A stretch of 64,000 bases of DNA, taken from Candidatus Sericytochromatia bacterium (lineage in GTDB: Bacteria > Cyanobacteriota > Sericytochromatia > UBA7694). Numbering within the stretch: position 1 is the stretch's first letter; each line of letters opens with the position of its first letter. The position numbers and the translations under genes are program-made. Positions 27,765-36,437 of this stretch are shown piece after piece. The notes beneath the pieces were generated by a model, which did not search any database, was not told the DNA's origin, and was given only the letters and a program-made list of their open reading frames with translations. Location: NCBI GenBank assembly GCA_050248915.1, contig JBFWRL010000007.1, forward strand, positions 6,084 to 70,083, given 5' to 3'.

Positions 27765-28214
27765 TTAGAGCAGGGCTTTGCGCAGGCGTTTAACGGCATG
27801 TTCCATCTCGACCAGGGCTTCGATGGACTTGACCACAGAAGCATCTACAGCGAGAATCTGGGCCATTTTTTGCACCGCATCTTTTTCTGCTTGGGCATAG
27901 TGGCCATCAGCCCGACTGATTTCAATGGCATCACGAATCAGCATCCGGGCACGTTTGCCCCCTTTGGTAAAGTCGGGCAAAAGGGCTTCCAATGTGGTCG
28001 AAGCGGGATCAAACTCGGTGATGGCCTGAACAGCATCTGCCGAGGCGCCTACCCGTTTCATGCCTTTGAGCAGCGCTTGCCACTCGCTTTCAGCAATTTC
28101 ACCATCAGCGGCAATCACACATTTGAGGGCCTTGAGATAGTTCAAAGCCTGTTCATAGGACTTGGGCTGTTTGCCATAGCGCTGTTCTACGGCTTGGGCA
28201 TTGTACTGACTCAT
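27765..28214 (-). CDS. TerB-like (tellurite-resistance TerB / DUF533-type) domain protein
   Basis: Helical 149-aa protein with the DGxxxxxE...DG pattern (AADGEIAESEW; RADGHYAQAEKDAV) of the TerB family. Confidence 0.5.
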   Translation of the reverse strand: MSQYNAQAVEQRYGKQPKSYEQALNYLKALKCVIAADGEIAESEWQALLKGMKRVGASADAVQAITEFDPASTTLEALLPDFTKGGKRARMLIRDAIEISRADGHYAQAEKDAVQKMAQILAVDASVVKSIEALVEMEHAVKRLRKALL

Positions 28215-28346
28215 CTTAAATATCCACCTTTAATTCTGCTTCATTTTTAATGGTAGTATACGCCTGAAAGTGCTTCAGAGGCAGATTCAATGATTAAAAC
28301 TCGGTAAAGCCAGGCAGACTTTGGGTCGATCAGGGCTATAATCGTT

Positions 28347-30944
28347 ATGAAGCCAAAACACACGAGGAGACAGACAGCCACTATGGGAGATATTAAGCGC
28401 CTGGGAAGCGGTTTTGCCCTCTCTTCCTCTTCGCCCATTTTCCGCGGCTCACTCTCCATGCCCAAGATGACAGTGGGTCAGATCGACATGCCGTCGATCT
28501 CACAGAAACATGTTTTAGAAAATATCGACAGCCAACAAAGAGCGGTGGCCCAGGCCATTGATCAATCGGTCAAAAGTGTCAGTCAGGCCTTTCAGAGCAG
28601 TAGCCAATTTTCAATCAAAACAGCAGATGGCCGCAGTGTTCCTGCTGCCCGCTTTCTCTCTCCCGATGAACTCAAACAATTGGAACGTTTGCCGCCCCAC
28701 TTGCAACGTCAGATCTTGGATGTCAGCTCTGTGCGTGGCAGCAATAATTCCCAGATTCAAGCCCAACTCAGCAAAAATATCAAAGCCGTGATCACAGGTA
28801 TTGCCGAAGTCCAGGAATTAAAATTCAGCGGCAAAGACGGCAGAGATTGGACTGTTCGCAATTTGCTTGATCTGGCCAATGCCGTCAATCAAATGCCGAT
28901 CAGCCACCGCCAGCAATTGGAGGGAGTCAACTTTATCCGAGATGATGAACCCGATCTGGGCTACAAGGATCACACTCCCGACCTGCTCGAAAAAATGGCC
29001 AATAAAATGGTGGCCGGGCATTATGATTTAAGCTCTCGTTCTGTGATTCTCTATGATCGTGGCATACAAGATAGTTTTCCTGTTTTAGACGCCGATTTGC
29101 AGCAAAATTTACGCGCCATTTCAGCCCACGCCTGTGACTCCTGCAGTGCTCCCAAATTAGATGCAGAGGTACAACAGGGCTTGAAGGCCTTACAAGGCAA
29201 AGCAAGCCCCAAAGATGTGGCCAGCTTACAAAAATTACTCAATCCCTTTTTGGCCCAGCTCAACCGACCGATGATTCATGAAAATGGCCAGTGGGGCCCG
29301 CCGACCGAAACAGCCGTGCGCACCGTTCAGGCCCATTTGCTGGACAAATACCTACAAAACAATTTTCGCTTAAACCCCGCTCAAAAACAGGAATTGCAGC
29401 AACTCCAACAATTGGCCAGCTCTCCCCAATTTGGCATGATTACCCGTGTAGTGAGTTTAAAAGACAAAATGCAAAATCTCAGTCAGATACCCGATCCACA
29501 GGTTCAAAAATTGCTGGCAGAATTGGCCAATAGTGAATTTGGCAATGTCTCCACCCAATTTTTGCTCAGGGATATTTCCGATGCCTCCCGCTCCAATCGA
29601 CATGTGACCCGCACCGAAGAAGTGATGATCCATGAAATGGGTCACCATATCCAAATGGGTCTCTCAAATGAAAATGAGTATATTGCCGAATTCAGCAAAC
29701 TTTCAGGCTGGGTCAAGCGCGAGAGTGGTGAAGTCGCTGATGGCTATGTCAACGGCATGATGAGCTCCGAAAACGTGGCAGATGTCTATAACCAACTCGC
29801 TTCAAACGGCCAGATCGACGAAGGGCTTTATACAGCCAAACTCAGCCCCCAAGAGCGCAACCAGGTCTTTGTCACCAGTTATGCCGCCACAGATCCTATG
29901 GAAGACTTTGCCGAATCGTATAAAACATTTGTGCTCGATCCTGTCAGTTTGATTGAAGCCTCGCCTGAGAAATTCTTTTTTATTAACTCCCTGCCCACCC
30001 TGCAAAATCACAAGGTGGGGGGCGGCATCAAACAAAGGGTTCACTATACCGAAGAGCAAATTCGCCCCTTTGTCACAGCCGCTTTGCGCAATCAATACCG
30101 CTTTGAACCCAGCAAGATCAATGTCGATACTTTTATCCGTGAACATTTTGAAAATATCGTGGGTGCGGGCAATTCGCGTCGCCCCTTGCACCTCTCTTCG
30201 GATACCATCCTGGCTGTTTTGGATACCCATGAGGGCCTGCTCAAGTCTTTAAATTTGGAACATTTGAGCCCCCCCCAACGCGCAGGGGCCCGAGATCCCG
30301 ATTTTGCCGTCTTGCAAGAAATCCATCGAAAAACACAGAGTTTGATTGTCTCCAAAGGCAGTGCACGTGAGGCCCAGGCGTTTTTCCGTTCGTTTACCAA
30401 TGCCAATGAAATTGAAACGCGTTTTCCCAAGGCCTCAGCCGATTTAAAAGCCAATCTCAAAGACCAAAACTTTGCGGCAATGATGTTGGCGATGGGCAAA
30501 ATTAGCGGATATGCCGCGATGCTCAATCAGGCCAAAAACGTCGATTTTCAAGATAATCAGACCTACAAAGACGCCAAAGATTATTTTTCGACCGCTTTCA
30601 AACAGCCCTCAGCCCTGCTCAGCCGTCAGGTATTGACCCAGGGCTATAACCTGCTGCGTGGGGTGAGCAGCAATTGGGTCAATCCAGAAGATCGCAAGAT
30701 TGATCCCGCCCGCGCATTTTTTCAGACCCTTGAGGCAGATCCTGCAGAGGCCTTTCCCGAAGGCTGGTACCTCTTTCCCGATGAATTTAAAGAGATGTTG
30801 CAAAACAAACGTTTTCTTCAAGCTATCTCGGGCGATTCCGGTCGCTACCAACCCTCCCCCGAGGTGATTCACCAAACCCTCGAAAAAATTGTGGAGATGA
30901 TTGAATTTAAACGCGGCCTGGATGAAATGCTCAACGGCGGTTAA
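28347..30944 (+). CDS. Large zincin-like metallopeptidase-domain protein (865 aa), effector-like
   Basis: HEMGHH (HExxH) at aa 429-433. An acidic EDFAESY segment lies ~90 aa downstream. Long non-catalytic N- and C-terminal regions. A GAGGAG Shine-Dalgarno before the ATG at 28383 suggests the true start is there. Confidence 0.6.
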   Translation: MKPKHTRRQTATMGDIKRLGSGFALSSSSPIFRGSLSMPKMTVGQIDMPSISQKHVLENIDSQQRAVAQAIDQSVKSVSQAFQSSSQFSIKTADGRSVPAARFLSPDELKQLERLPPHLQRQILDVSSVRGSNNSQIQAQLSKNIKAVITGIAEVQELKFSGKDGRDWTVRNLLDLANAVNQMPISHRQQLEGVNFIRDDEPDLGYKDHTPDLLEKMANKMVAGHYDLSSRSVILYDRGIQDSFPVLDADLQQNLRAISAHACDSCSAPKLDAEVQQGLKALQGKASPKDVASLQKLLNPFLAQLNRPMIHENGQWGPPTETAVRTVQAHLLDKYLQNNFRLNPAQKQELQQLQQLASSPQFGMITRVVSLKDKMQNLSQIPDPQVQKLLAELANSEFGNVSTQFLLRDISDASRSNRHVTRTEEVMIHEMGHHIQMGLSNENEYIAEFSKLSGWVKRESGEVADGYVNGMMSSENVADVYNQLASNGQIDEGLYTAKLSPQERNQVFVTSYAATDPMEDFAESYKTFVLDPVSLIEASPEKFFFINSLPTLQNHKVGGGIKQRVHYTEEQIRPFVTAALRNQYRFEPSKINVDTFIREHFENIVGAGNSRRPLHLSSDTILAVLDTHEGLLKSLNLEHLSPPQRAGARDPDFAVLQEIHRKTQSLIVSKGSAREAQAFFRSFTNANEIETRFPKASADLKANLKDQNFAAMMLAMGKISGYAAMLNQAKNVDFQDNQTYKDAKDYFSTAFKQPSALLSRQVLTQGYNLLRGVSSNWVNPEDRKIDPARAFFQTLEADPAEAFPEGWYLFPDEFKEMLQNKRFLQAISGDSGRYQPSPEVIHQTLEKIVEMIEFKRGLDEMLNGG

Positions 30945-30961
30945 ATTGAGAAGTTGAGCAG

Positions 30962-31189
30962 CTAATTTCTGAGACTCAGGGCAGGGGCCACTTCGGGCTC
31001 GGCCCGCAGTGGAATTTGGCGACGCGCCAGCAGACACTGCAGTTGAAAAGGGCTCAGCCCCGTCATGGCCATGATTTGGCGCAAATTCAAGCGCTTCTGT
31101 TCGTAGAGCATCAGGGTGATTTCAAGACTCAGCTCTTCTTCAGTCATTCCCAGGGTCTTGAGTGTGGCATCTGAGATATGTAGACTCAT
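30962..31189 (-). CDS. UPF0175-family small protein (antitoxin-like)
   Basis: 75 aa, with ...LNLRQIMAMTGLSPFQLQCLLARRQIPL helix-turn-helix-like C-terminus typical of UPF0175. Confidence 0.5.
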   Translation of the reverse strand: MSLHISDATLKTLGMTEEELSLEITLMLYEQKRLNLRQIMAMTGLSPFQLQCLLARRQIPLRAEPEVAPALSLRN

Positions 31190-31262
31190 GGCAAGATTCC
31201 TTCTCTGTCATCGTATAGGTCTCTATTCCCGATTATTAAGAAATGTAAACCTGCTTGTACTT

Positions 31263-33704
31263 TTATAACATGCTATAGGGGTCAATATCTACGACCAAAC
31301 GCTGAACCTCTGATGCGTACTGGCGACTGAGCTTGTGCAAGAGCGCACGCAAGGCCTGTAATTCAGGAATTTTTAAGAGCAATTGCACCAAAAACAAACT
31401 CCGAATCCGCTCAATCGGTGCAGGACTCGGCCCCAAAATTTGTAAATCGGCCGGCCCACGCTGGCGCAAATCTGTTGCAAAGGCCTGGGCCACCTGCAGC
31501 GCCAATTCCTGACGGGGATGAACAAAGATCAGGCGTACGAGCGAGCCAAAAGGCGGGTAGTGTAAGTCCTGGCGGTGCAATAATTCGTCTTGGGCAAAAG
31601 CCGCATAATCATGGTTGATCGCATGGCGAATGGCCATATGTTCGGGCGCATAGGTCTGCAAATAGACACGAGCCGGCAAATCCCCCCGGCCCCCCCGCCC
31701 GGCGGCCTGGGTTAAGAGCTGAAAGGTGCGCTCAGCAGCCCGAAAATCGGGCAGATTTAAGGCCAAATCTGCCACCATCAGGCCGACCACCGTCACTTTG
31801 GGGAAATCCAGCCCCTTGGCCACCATCTGGGTGCCGATCATAATATTGGCCCGGCCAGAGCCAAATTCATCCAAGAGCGCCAAATGCGCGTGTTTGGCAC
31901 TGGTGGTATCGCGATCCAAACGCACTGTGCGTGCGCCAGGAAAGAGCTTGTGGGTGAGCTCTTCGAGTTTTTGGGTGCCCAGGCCAAAACTGCGAATGGC
32001 ATCACTTTGGCAGTGGGGACATTTTTTCGGTGGTGGGCAGTGATAATCACAATAATGGCATTTGAGCCGCTCATCGCTGCGGTGATAAGTCAAACTCACC
32101 GCACAGAGCGGGCAATGCAAGGTCTCGCCACAGCTGCGACAGAGCACGGTGGCAGCGTAGCCCCGGCGATTGAGCAGCAGAATGATCTGTTCTTCACGTT
32201 TGAGTGCCTCTTCGATGGCCAGCTTGAGCGGCGGGCTAAAAGCGGTGGCCTTGCCCTCGTAATTGCGCATATCCACCACACTGACCGGTGGCAGAGGCTG
32301 CGAATGAACGCGGTTGGGCATTTGCAAATAGGGATAATCGCCCTGAATCGCGCGGTAATAGCTCTCCAGCCGGGGTGTGGCGCTGCCGAGCAAAACCAGC
32401 CCCTTGTTCAGCCAGGCCCGGCCCAAGGCCAAGGTCCGGGCATCATAGCGCAGGCCGTTGTCCTGTTTAAAGCTGGATTCATGCTCTTCGTCGATCACGA
32501 TCAGACGCAGATTTTTGACCGGCGCAAAAATCGCCGAACGGGCCCCCACCACAATCGGCGCCTCGCCATCGCGGATCCGCTCCCATTCGTCGAGATACTC
32601 CCCTTCGCCCAGACCACTGTGTAAAATGGCCACCTGCTCGCCAAAGAAGCCACGCAGGCGCATCAGCATCATCGGCGTCAGCGATATTTCGGGCAGCAAA
32701 AATATACAGCCCCCATCTTGCTCCACGACCCGCGCCATGGTGTGCATATAGACTTCGGTTTTGCCGGAACCTGTCACCCCATGTAAAAGTGCCACGGGCT
32801 CGGGCTGGGGTGGGTTTTCCAATGCGGCAAGCAATTGCTCTAAAACGGCCTCTTGATCGGCAGTCAGGGTCGGGCGCTTTTGCGGTTCACTCGACAGCGA
32901 TGACAGGGGAATGCGGCGCAGCCGGGCATTGGAGATATCCACAGCGCCTTTTTCTTCGAGTTTGTTGATCGTGACGGTATTGGTCTCGGCCTGCTCACAG
33001 AGCTCGGTGAGGGTCAAATAGCCCCCGGCCTGACGCAAGGTGCGCAAGACCCCTGATTGTCGAGGCGTGAGGCCTGTGGGCTCTTTGAGATAACTGACAA
33101 AGAGCTGGGTGCGGGGCTGGACCTTGGGGCGCATTTCGTCGTAAATTTCAATCAATTGCTGCTGACGCAGGGTGTCGAGCCAGCCCTGTAAACGGTTGCC
33201 AAATTTGCGTTTGCAGCCCGTAAAGGTCTTCCAACTGGGGGCCGAGGCGATCAGGTATTTGCCAAAATCCACCAAATCGGGCTGCAAGACAAACTCACTT
33301 TCCAAGCGGGCCACAAATTCAGCCACAGGCAAAGTCGGGGCGATCAGACGGCGAATTGAGCCGGTCAATTGTCGGGGCAGGGCCGTGGCCAAAACCTGGC
33401 TAAGCGAACAGAGGTAATACTGGGCAATCCAGTGCAGCCATTTGAGAAATTTGGGCTCTAATAATTGCTGCTGAGAGAGACTCTGCAAGGGGCGGGCCCG
33501 CATCGCAGGTGGGCTTTGATGCAAGCGCACAACAAACCCCATGCGCAGCCGTGAACCAAAAGGCACGGTGGCCTGCTGCCCCAAACCAATTTGTTTGCGC
33601 AGGCTCTCAGGCACACTATAGGTATAAACTTCCCGTTCCACGTGGGCGGGCAGATCTTCGATCAAGACATCGGCAAAGAGGGGAGACGAAACTAAAGCAT
33701 GCAT
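31263..33704 (-). CDS. priA: Primosomal protein N' (PriA) replication restart helicase
   Basis: Walker A LLHGVTGSGKTEVY, DEEH box, Cys4-Cys4 zinc-binding insertion (CRSCGETLHCPLC...CHYCDYHCPPPKKCPHCQS), 813 aa. Confidence 0.93.
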   Translation of the reverse strand: MHALVSSPLFADVLIEDLPAHVEREVYTYSVPESLRKQIGLGQQATVPFGSRLRMGFVVRLHQSPPAMRARPLQSLSQQQLLEPKFLKWLHWIAQYYLCSLSQVLATALPRQLTGSIRRLIAPTLPVAEFVARLESEFVLQPDLVDFGKYLIASAPSWKTFTGCKRKFGNRLQGWLDTLRQQQLIEIYDEMRPKVQPRTQLFVSYLKEPTGLTPRQSGVLRTLRQAGGYLTLTELCEQAETNTVTINKLEEKGAVDISNARLRRIPLSSLSSEPQKRPTLTADQEAVLEQLLAALENPPQPEPVALLHGVTGSGKTEVYMHTMARVVEQDGGCIFLLPEISLTPMMLMRLRGFFGEQVAILHSGLGEGEYLDEWERIRDGEAPIVVGARSAIFAPVKNLRLIVIDEEHESSFKQDNGLRYDARTLALGRAWLNKGLVLLGSATPRLESYYRAIQGDYPYLQMPNRVHSQPLPPVSVVDMRNYEGKATAFSPPLKLAIEEALKREEQIILLLNRRGYAATVLCRSCGETLHCPLCAVSLTYHRSDERLKCHYCDYHCPPPKKCPHCQSDAIRSFGLGTQKLEELTHKLFPGARTVRLDRDTTSAKHAHLALLDEFGSGRANIMIGTQMVAKGLDFPKVTVVGLMVADLALNLPDFRAAERTFQLLTQAAGRGGRGDLPARVYLQTYAPEHMAIRHAINHDYAAFAQDELLHRQDLHYPPFGSLVRLIFVHPRQELALQVAQAFATDLRQRGPADLQILGPSPAPIERIRSLFLVQLLLKIPELQALRALLHKLSRQYASEVQRLVVDIDPYSML

Positions 33705-33945
33705 ATTTTAAGTTTACCAGTGGGCACCGGCCCCAGGATCAAGTCCCCAGGTTAAAATCTGGAACCCCCAGAAAGCAAAGGAAAAAGAGCCTTATTAAGC
33801 GAGAAGAACGCCGTGGAGCCAAAATAAGAATTAACCATTTATTAAACTTCGCTTACCTCAAATATAAGAATGTTTTTATTCGCTCTTTGCGATATGATAG
33901 ACATAAGCTCCAAGTGTTAAAAAAAGCGTAAAGAGGAATTCAAAG

Positions 33946-35163
33946 ATGACCGGAAGTGTACAATTCTCCAACCAACAGTGGCTCGTTCGTTCTCTGGATA
34001 AAAATAACAATAACGTGATGGATGAACTCAAACTTGATCCCCGCGTCAAAGACAAAGTTGACACAGATAAAAATGGCGAAGTCAGCCGCAATGAATTGAC
34101 CTCCGCCCTGCAGTCCGACGCCGTGGAAATTAACCAAGGCGTGATCACCGAAAGCAAAGGCATTCAGATCTACACCAAAGGTCTCGAAACTCTGAAAAAC
34201 GTTCACACCACCGCCAGCAATTCTTGGGGCCACGTCTTCACCCCCAGCTTCTTTCAAGATGATACCCTGGGTGAGCGCTACAACAAACTCGTCGACAGCA
34301 ACCGCGCTTATACCTCCGCCATCGATCGCCAAGAATCTGCGCTGCGCTCCATTCGCGATATGACCGCCAATGCCCCTGATGCCACCTCCCGCGCTCTGCA
34401 TATTCAAGCCGATACCACCCTGCGCAGCGCCAGCTGGCGGACCTGGACAGGCACTTTCCAGAATCTGCTCGCCATGGGCAATAGCTCCGATGAGCACACC
34501 GTGCGTCAGATGGAAATGGCCAATACCAATTTCCAAGCCGCTTTTGAAACCCTCAACAACACCATGCGCTCGATCGCCGACCAGACCAAAAATCTGCCCG
34601 ACGTGCAGGCCGCTTTAAAAGCCACCGACAATTCCATTTCCAAAGCCTTTAGCAATATCACCCAGATTGAAAACGCCAGCATTTCTGCTCAAGATGTGGG
34701 CAGCAAACTCGACAAATTGGCCGACGAAACCCAGGCCAAAGCTACTGGCCGTACGACTCCCTTTGCTTTGACCGGTGCTGGGATTGGCGCGGTTGCTGGT
34801 GCAGCCATCGGCTTCTTCGCTGGTGGTAAAACTATCAAAGCCGCTGGCTTTGGGGCTGGGATTGGCTTGGCCGCCTCTGCAGGCATCGGCGCTATGATTG
34901 GCAGCAGCATCGACAGCAAGTACAAAGGGGCTGCCGACGACCTGCGCAACCTCTCCAGCGAAGTGCGCAGCTACAACCCTGCTGCCGAAAAAGGCAAGCT
35001 GCTGGATGAAACCCAGAAAACCTACGGCGCCATGCTCGAAGCCCGTGAGCACCACGATCTGGACAATGCCCAGGTCAGCGCCAATAATTTCCGCAGCATC
35101 CAGAGCCGCGTGGCTCCTGTTGAAAAACAATCCGAGCGCATTCTCGGAGCGTACAAAAAGTAA
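33946..35163 (+). CDS. Hypothetical protein with an EF-hand-like Ca-binding loop and a C-terminal glycine-zipper membrane segment
   Basis: DTDKNGEVSRNEL fits the EF-hand loop DxDxNGxISxxE. C-terminal TGAGIGAVAGAAIGFFAGG...GFGAGIGLAASAGIGAMIG is a glycine zipper. Confidence 0.5.
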   Translation: MTGSVQFSNQQWLVRSLDKNNNNVMDELKLDPRVKDKVDTDKNGEVSRNELTSALQSDAVEINQGVITESKGIQIYTKGLETLKNVHTTASNSWGHVFTPSFFQDDTLGERYNKLVDSNRAYTSAIDRQESALRSIRDMTANAPDATSRALHIQADTTLRSASWRTWTGTFQNLLAMGNSSDEHTVRQMEMANTNFQAAFETLNNTMRSIADQTKNLPDVQAALKATDNSISKAFSNITQIENASISAQDVGSKLDKLADETQAKATGRTTPFALTGAGIGAVAGAAIGFFAGGKTIKAAGFGAGIGLAASAGIGAMIGSSIDSKYKGAADDLRNLSSEVRSYNPAAEKGKLLDETQKTYGAMLEAREHHDLDNAQVSANNFRSIQSRVAPVEKQSERILGAYKK

Positions 35164-35198
35164 GAATTTTTTCCCTCCCTCTTTATTAACACTTGAGT

Positions 35199-35229
35199 TG
35201 GCCAGTTACGAAACTGGCCATTTTTTTTT
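35199..35229 (+). terminator. Rho-independent terminator
   Basis: tggccagtt-acgaa-aactggcca followed by T9. Confidence 0.8.
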
Positions 35230-35300
35230 AGGCGGGCAAAACAAGCTTGCTTGTTCCCAGGCTACAATAGATAAATCCAGCGTTTTCCAGGAGTTGTTTC

Positions 35301-36422
35301 ATGCAAGTATCCAACGGCCCCAACCCCCTCTTGAGTATTTTGGCTTCGACTAACGCTCAGCCAACATCAACTAACGCTCAGCCAACATCAACTAACGCTC
35401 AGCCGACGGCTAAGCCGGATGTGCATGTCGCCAACCCCGTGATCAAAGGGCAGATTCCTGCCAAACTGGATTTTCAGGCCCTGCCGAGCCAACCGGCTTA
35501 TGAACAGGCCGTGAAACAATTGGAAAGCCGCGTTGATGCTGATGTTGCTTTGCAAAACACCAACAAAAAACAACCGCTGTATTTGCGTCAAAACTACCAA
35601 TCGCGGCTCTTAACCCAGCCCCAACCCACGGGCAAAGGCACGGTGGTGCTCTTTCATGGCTATACAGCTGGGCCCTGGCAATTTAAAGAGGCCGAAGAGC
35701 TGTTTTTTAAAGCCGGTTACAACGTCTATGTGCCGCGCATTCCCGGCCACGGTTTTATGAAACCCAATGGCACACCCACGGGCGAAAAAATGGTCGACAC
35801 CTGGGAAGTCAAAACCTACGACGATTTTGTCGCTCAGGTTCATGCTGATGTGAGTGCGTTGGGTGGCCCGGTGCAGGCCATTGGTCTGTCTGGGGGCGCC
35901 AATTTGGCTCTGCGCATGGGTGAGCGCTTCAGCGATCTCAAATCTGTGACCGCCATGGCCCCGTATATTGGCCCCGACGACAAACTCAAACCCACCGATG
36001 GCCTCTTACATCTGGTTGATCGCTATACACCGATCAAGCTCAGCTATTTGCTCGACATGAAAAACTACAACAAAAACACCTGGGTCTCTGCTGACAATCC
36101 CATGCCCCATACCCAAGGCACCCTCAACAATGCCTACGCCATGTTCAGTGTCGGTAGCCGCGTCGAAAAGGTGCAGGTGCCAATGCAGGTCTTTACCACC
36201 GAAGGCGACGTGCTGGCAGGCGAAAAACCCGTCGAGAAGCTGCTGCAACGCTCAGGTGGCTTGCAAAAACATGGTTGGTACCATTTTGAGGCCCCCGACA
36301 AGGTGCCCCACGCCATGGCCAGCCCGATGCAAAACACCCAACCGGGCCAGGCTGTGGCCCTCTGGCAAATGGTCTTTGACACCATTGATCAGGGCCAACT
36401 CCATACCCGCCTGCCCCAATAA
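35301..36422 (+). CDS. Alpha/beta-hydrolase fold protein (esterase/lipase-like) with an N-terminal TNAQPTS x3 repeat
   Basis: VVLFHGYTAGP oxyanion-region-like, GLSGG nucleophile elbow (GxSxG), late Asp/His candidates. Confidence 0.65.
   Translation: MQVSNGPNPLLSILASTNAQPTSTNAQPTSTNAQPTAKPDVHVANPVIKGQIPAKLDFQALPSQPAYEQAVKQLESRVDADVALQNTNKKQPLYLRQNYQSRLLTQPQPTGKGTVVLFHGYTAGPWQFKEAEELFFKAGYNVYVPRIPGHGFMKPNGTPTGEKMVDTWEVKTYDDFVAQVHADVSALGGPVQAIGLSGGANLALRMGERFSDLKSVTAMAPYIGPDDKLKPTDGLLHLVDRYTPIKLSYLLDMKNYNKNTWVSADNPMPHTQGTLNNAYAMFSVGSRVEKVQVPMQVFTTEGDVLAGEKPVEKLLQRSGGLQKHGWYHFEAPDKVPHAMASPMQNTQPGQAVALWQMVFDTIDQGQLHTRLPQ
35348..35403 (+). repeat. 21-bp tandem repeat (actaacgctcagccaacatca, about 2.7 copies)
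   Basis: Perfect direct repeats read from the sequence. They encode TNAQPTS repeats. Confidence 0.85.
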
Positions 36423-36437
36423 GCCCACTTAAACAGA

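Noticed and set aside
31884-32624. Long antisense ORFs opposite priA, lysS, SBP, ACAD and others (e.g. 31884-32624, 41877-42908, 43430-44611, 53979-54764, 33940-34536)
   Set aside because: These are shadow ORFs typical of GC-rich DNA, embedded in strongly supported genes on the other strand.
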